From Callorhinchus milii (taxonomy: Eukaryota): a DNA stretch of 64,000 bases. The translations under genes were made by a program, and so were the position numbers. Below the pieces are notes generated by a model. That model saw only the letters and a program-made list of their open reading frames with translations, was not told where the DNA came from and searched no databases. The stretch spans positions 27,096,001 to 27,160,000 of the forward strand of contig NW_024704743.1 of assembly GCF_018977255.1 (NCBI RefSeq), written 5' to 3'. Shown in pieces: positions 59,791-64,000 of this stretch; within the stretch, counting starts at the first letter, position 1; each line of letters begins with the position of its first letter.

Positions 59791-61074
59791 GATGCTTAAA
59801 TGTTTTATGGCACAGATTAATTGGATTAGGATGGTGTTGACTCTGTGGACTGCATGTTCCAGAGATACATCTGGATTGTGATAGTGCAATGTGCGTTGTT
59901 TAGTCCCACATGTATGTCACTGTTTTCCTAAGTTTACCTTGATCTTGATATATATAGTTGATCTCTTAAGTGCTCTGGAATTCTGATGATGGTCCAGCAT
60001 GTGTGCAGTCTGACTCATGTGTTCCTCTGTCCTTTTAATATTCCTATAGAAGATGTAATTGATACCCCAACTTCAGTGTGCTGTGAAGGATCATGATAGA
60101 GAGTGAAGAAAACATATTTCTTGCAAATCACTGAGGATGTTATTAGAAAAGAATCTGGCAAATAGCACTACCATTATTATTGTAATGCTCAGATGAAGTA
60201 CAATATTTCACTAACAAAAAACAGTTCACAGGACTCTGGCCTAACCTTTATCCTCTCTGAACTGTTCGGATTTATTTGTATTTATTTGATTATTTGACTC
60301 CTCCAATGAATGCACCCTTCCATTTAATAAAATGCTTCCACTTTAAGAACAACTTTCAAGGTGGGTGTATGTAATAATTTCATCTTGGCAGCTAATTCTT
60401 TATGTCTACTATCAGTGCAGAGTAAAATAACATTTTGTAGGTCAAGTGGCTTATTTCTGCATCTAAAAGTGCAAATTTGAATGCTTTCAACTGATACTGA
60501 TTGCTTGACTTAAATTTCATCAGCAGAATGTTCTGTTGGAAAAATTGACAAAAAGCATTGGGTAAAGTTTTTTTCTTCACAAGTGCCTGACACCAGGGAA
60601 ATTACCCACTTCTTTACTTTCATCCTCAAACTATACACACCTTTTGTAAAAGGATGCCTGGGTTCATCAGGAGCAAATGTTTTTTTGTGTGACAGACTCA
60701 GGTGTGAGATAGGAATCAAGGGACTTGCAACTATAAAGGCATTATAATTTTGTACAACATATTGTGGATTCATAATGTAGATTTTAATCTTAATGTTTTG
60801 CATAGTAAAAAGGAAGTAAAGAGGGAATAATGCAATGAGGAAGTAATACTCTAATTTGTGGTATTTCCTAATAAGAAATAATAATTGGAATTGATATAAT
60901 ACCTTTCACATTGTGAAGACATCTCAAAGTGCCTCATATAATCTGCTGTAGTGACTGCATATCTTGTAGGTGAAATCTAAGGTGTACAAATTGAGACTCC
61001 TTCCTTCCAGGAACTGAAAATCTCATGGGAATTGAACTCAGACTACATCAGAGTGGTTGACAGTAATTCTAACT

Positions 61075-61342
61075 GGATTCCAGGCAGAGGGCGAAACCTT
61101 GGGCAAGTTTCCTTACTCCACACAGAGCCTTATAATAATCCCTCCAAAACCAAAAACAATAATAAATTGGTCATTTTCAATCTACGACTGTTTGTGGGAC
61201 ATTGCTGTGCGCAATTGGCTGCCGCGTTTGCCCACAAATATACAATCAATTCACTTCACAGTGTATTCTGTGAAGCGCTTTGGGACGTCCTCCCGACATG
61301 AAAAGTGCTATATCAAATGCAAGGATTATTATTATTATTATT
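61075..61342 (+). mobile_element. Young tRNA-Ala SINE short form, 5'-truncated
   Basis: attccaggcagagggcgaaaccttgggcaag..gggacgtcctcccgacatgaaaag; (TTA)n. Confidence 0.9.
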
Positions 61343-61409
61343 CCTTATTTAGAAAATCCATTAGGAAATACCACAGCATAGACTTCATTGCCCTTTCTAC
61401 TCTGGATCA

Positions 61410-61792
61410 ACTTGGCTCAGTTGGCAGCACTCCCTCTTCTGAGAAAGAAGGGCATTGGGAATTCACAGCACTGAATAATTGGAGGTGCTGTCTTTCGGTT
61501 GTGATGTTAAACCGAGGTTGCACTGTCTGTTCAGGTGGATGCTAAAGATCCCATGGCACTATTCAAAAAGGGAGGCAATTTTCTCTCAGTGGCCTGCTCA
61601 ACAATCTCCAGGATAAAATTGGTCATTCACTTCATGACTTTTGGTGGAACATTAGTGTGTGCAAATTGGCAATTACATTCACCTAACAAAAACACAGTCA
61701 CTTTACGGTAAATCCCTTGAAACACTTAGAGGCATTCCCTTGAAACACTTAGAGGCATTCCTCACGGTGAATCAAATGCAAGGATTATTACT
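61410..61792 (+). mobile_element. DeuSINE with a tandem duplication of about 24 bp in its tail
   Basis: ggctcagttggcagcactc; gatgttaaaccgagg; aaagatcccatggcactattc; ccttgaaacacttagaggcattc occurs twice. Confidence 0.8.
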
Positions 61793-62693
61793 ATGATCCA
61801 GGAAAAACTGAGGACCAGAGGAGGGGAGGGGGGAATCAGAATGAGTGTGTTTTTAGCATTGTTGCCCAGCTTCTCACAAGATAAATGAAAAGTGGCCCAT
61901 AGCATTCCTACAGCATCTATGATCAAACAAGCTCTGGTGCAGTGAAATATTAATATACACATGCATTTATGCTATTATTTTCAAAGCACATCACTTTTGC
62001 TGGCTGGTGCTGTGAGATTTCTTTTTGCATGATATAATTAGGAATGGCATCACAAAAATACAACTGCGATTACAATAATAGGTGGCATCTGATAGTCAGA
62101 CTCAGCAATATGCAGCCAATGACTCCTCAGTGGGAGATCAAACTCAAATCAACTTCTAAACAGAAAGTTGAAAAACAGAAAAAAACAGAAACATTTTTTT
62201 CTGCACTGAGCATAGGATTTTCATCTCCCACAAGCATCAGTACTATAATTTAAAACATCCACTTGTTGCTTGTGAATTGGGATCCCCAAATTGTATTAAC
62301 TAGTTATGTGACAATTTGAATTACTTTACTGTTAATTGGTCATTGGCAAGCAGTTTGAAGCTTGTCAGACAATGGATGTCAAAGTGAATTTAGTTAGCTA
62401 AATTCCAACAGTATCCCAACACACACTCCGGCGTCCCCAAACCTTTGCTCTCTCTAACGTGCATCTAATACTTTCTACTATTAGCTAAACAGATTGTTTC
62501 TCCCTGGAGAGAATGTGTGGAATCCATTCCAGAGACAGAGAAATGTCCATGTGTAGGTGGCATACATTGTATCGTATGAAAGAAGAGAAGGTTAACACTC
62601 CCCTTGATAAGGATGGAAGAGGCCCTTGTGGTCTTCACAACACATAATGGTTAAGGCATTGCCACTAACTTCGTGGCATCTAACCAGGTTTGT

Positions 62694-63010
62694 GGAGTCC
62701 TGTAGCTCAGTGGTTAGAGCACTCAACTTGTAAGCGAGACACCTTGGTTCAATTCCAGGTAGGGCAAAACCTTAGGCAAGTTTCCTTACTCCACACACCT
62801 AATAATAATCCCTCCAAAACAAAACAATAATAAATTGGTCACTGAATCCATCACTGTTTGTGGGATACTGCTGTGCGCAATTGGCTGCTGCATTTTGCCC
62901 ACAAATATACAGTCAATTCAGTTTACATACAGTATATTCTGTGAACCGCTTTGAGATGTCTAGAAGGCATGAACAGCGTTACATCAAATGCAAAGATTAT
63001 TATTATTATA
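62694..63010 (+). mobile_element. tRNA-Ala SINE short form, full length (TAGAA-loop tail)
   Basis: ggagtcctgtagctcagtggttagagcac...gagatgtctagaaggcatg; (TTA)n. Confidence 0.9.
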
Positions 63011-64000
63011 TGTGCAACACTCAGTCTAGTTTGGATACCCTTAATCATGGTGATGAGTTTCCGTGTGTATCAGGCACCCAGCTGACCAAACCAATTTCAA
63101 AAAGTGACACATGGTCATCTGAAATAAGGTAGAAGTTTGGTACAATACAAAACTACATTTCAGATATACATATGGGAAAATTCTTGAGTGTGCAATACTG
63201 TACTTGGTGAAGCTTCTGGCTCTTCAGAATTCACTGGTGCCTGATCAATCAAGACGCAGGCAATACAAGCAATCTATTTTGTTAACATCTGGATCATGGG
63301 GGATTAAAATGGTGCTGGTAGTAGCTGAAAGAATGATTATTATTTCATAACATGTGGTTTCACAACTCCACAGTGTATTAAACACTGGTGGATAAATGAA
63401 GTGAATCATGTCAGTGCAGAGGTAGGTAAAAAAAATAGTCTCTCAATGGACTGCCATACTATTTGATGCTTTTTAATAACAGTTTTTTCAAAAAATCTTT
63501 TTGAAACAACTGAAGAGCTAAACACTGCCAATAGATTTTATATTGTGGGATCTTTAACTTCCACCTGAACAGGTAAATGGGGTCTATTTTATTGATGTCT
63601 CATCTGATACATTGTATATTTGTATCCACGTCATTCACAAGTGATCACAAGAGAGGTACGGATAAAGAAAGCCCTTCAGGGCCCTTCCTCACAGAATGTC
63701 CTTTACCTTCTTCCCATTACAACCTTAAGCTGATCTCTGCCAACCTTCCCGATAACCCTTTCCAGCTGCTTATCAGTCTTTGTGTAAAGATATAATTCCT
63801 CATATATGTCTTGAAATTGACCCTCACAATTCTGCATCTGTGTTTCCTGTTGTATTGGTGTGTGGCCATTTTGCTCTTATTCTGGGACATGGGGTGATAT
63901 CAAACACACCTTCAAACTTGTCTCAGTTCACAACCAGTGATAATTTTGGTCGAGTAAATGAAAAAGGAATTTTAGCGAATTCAACTTAAGCCCCAGTCAC

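Noticed and set aside
62694..62770. Bona fide tRNA genes at SINE heads
   Set aside because: Each head continues into the SINE body and L2-type tail, the T-loop is non-canonical, and copies are mutated.

Overview
Repeat-rich vertebrate non-coding DNA (AT-rich, CpG-depleted, no CpG island), either a large intron or intergenic. The repeat content points to a cartilaginous fish, plausibly a chimaera/elephant shark; this is inference from repeat families recalled from memory. I recognise no protein-coding gene. All ORFs with recognisable motifs are decayed reverse transcriptase/endonuclease fragments of L2 and CR1 LINEs. The window holds about 15 5'-truncated L2 copies in at least two tail families, several CR1 copies (largest about 2.5 kb at 35.9-38.4 kb) and about 18 old SacSINE1-like DeuSINEs. 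It also holds about 15 copies of a younger tRNA-Ala/CORE-like SINE in long and internally deleted forms, whose 3' stem-loop matches the resident L2, plus ancient SINE relics, palindromic MITE-like relics and a CT-rich minisatellite. The best leads are: the SINE/L2 tail co-evolution and mosaic SINE haplotypes; a frame-preserving 282-nt minus-strand exon candidate (20530-20811); a SECIS/pre-miRNA-like hairpin (42661-42718); a dense hairpin cluster (49304-49570); and TE-free islands that may be conserved non-coding elements. None of these is established as a new biological system from sequence alone. TE boundaries are approximate and were read by eye.
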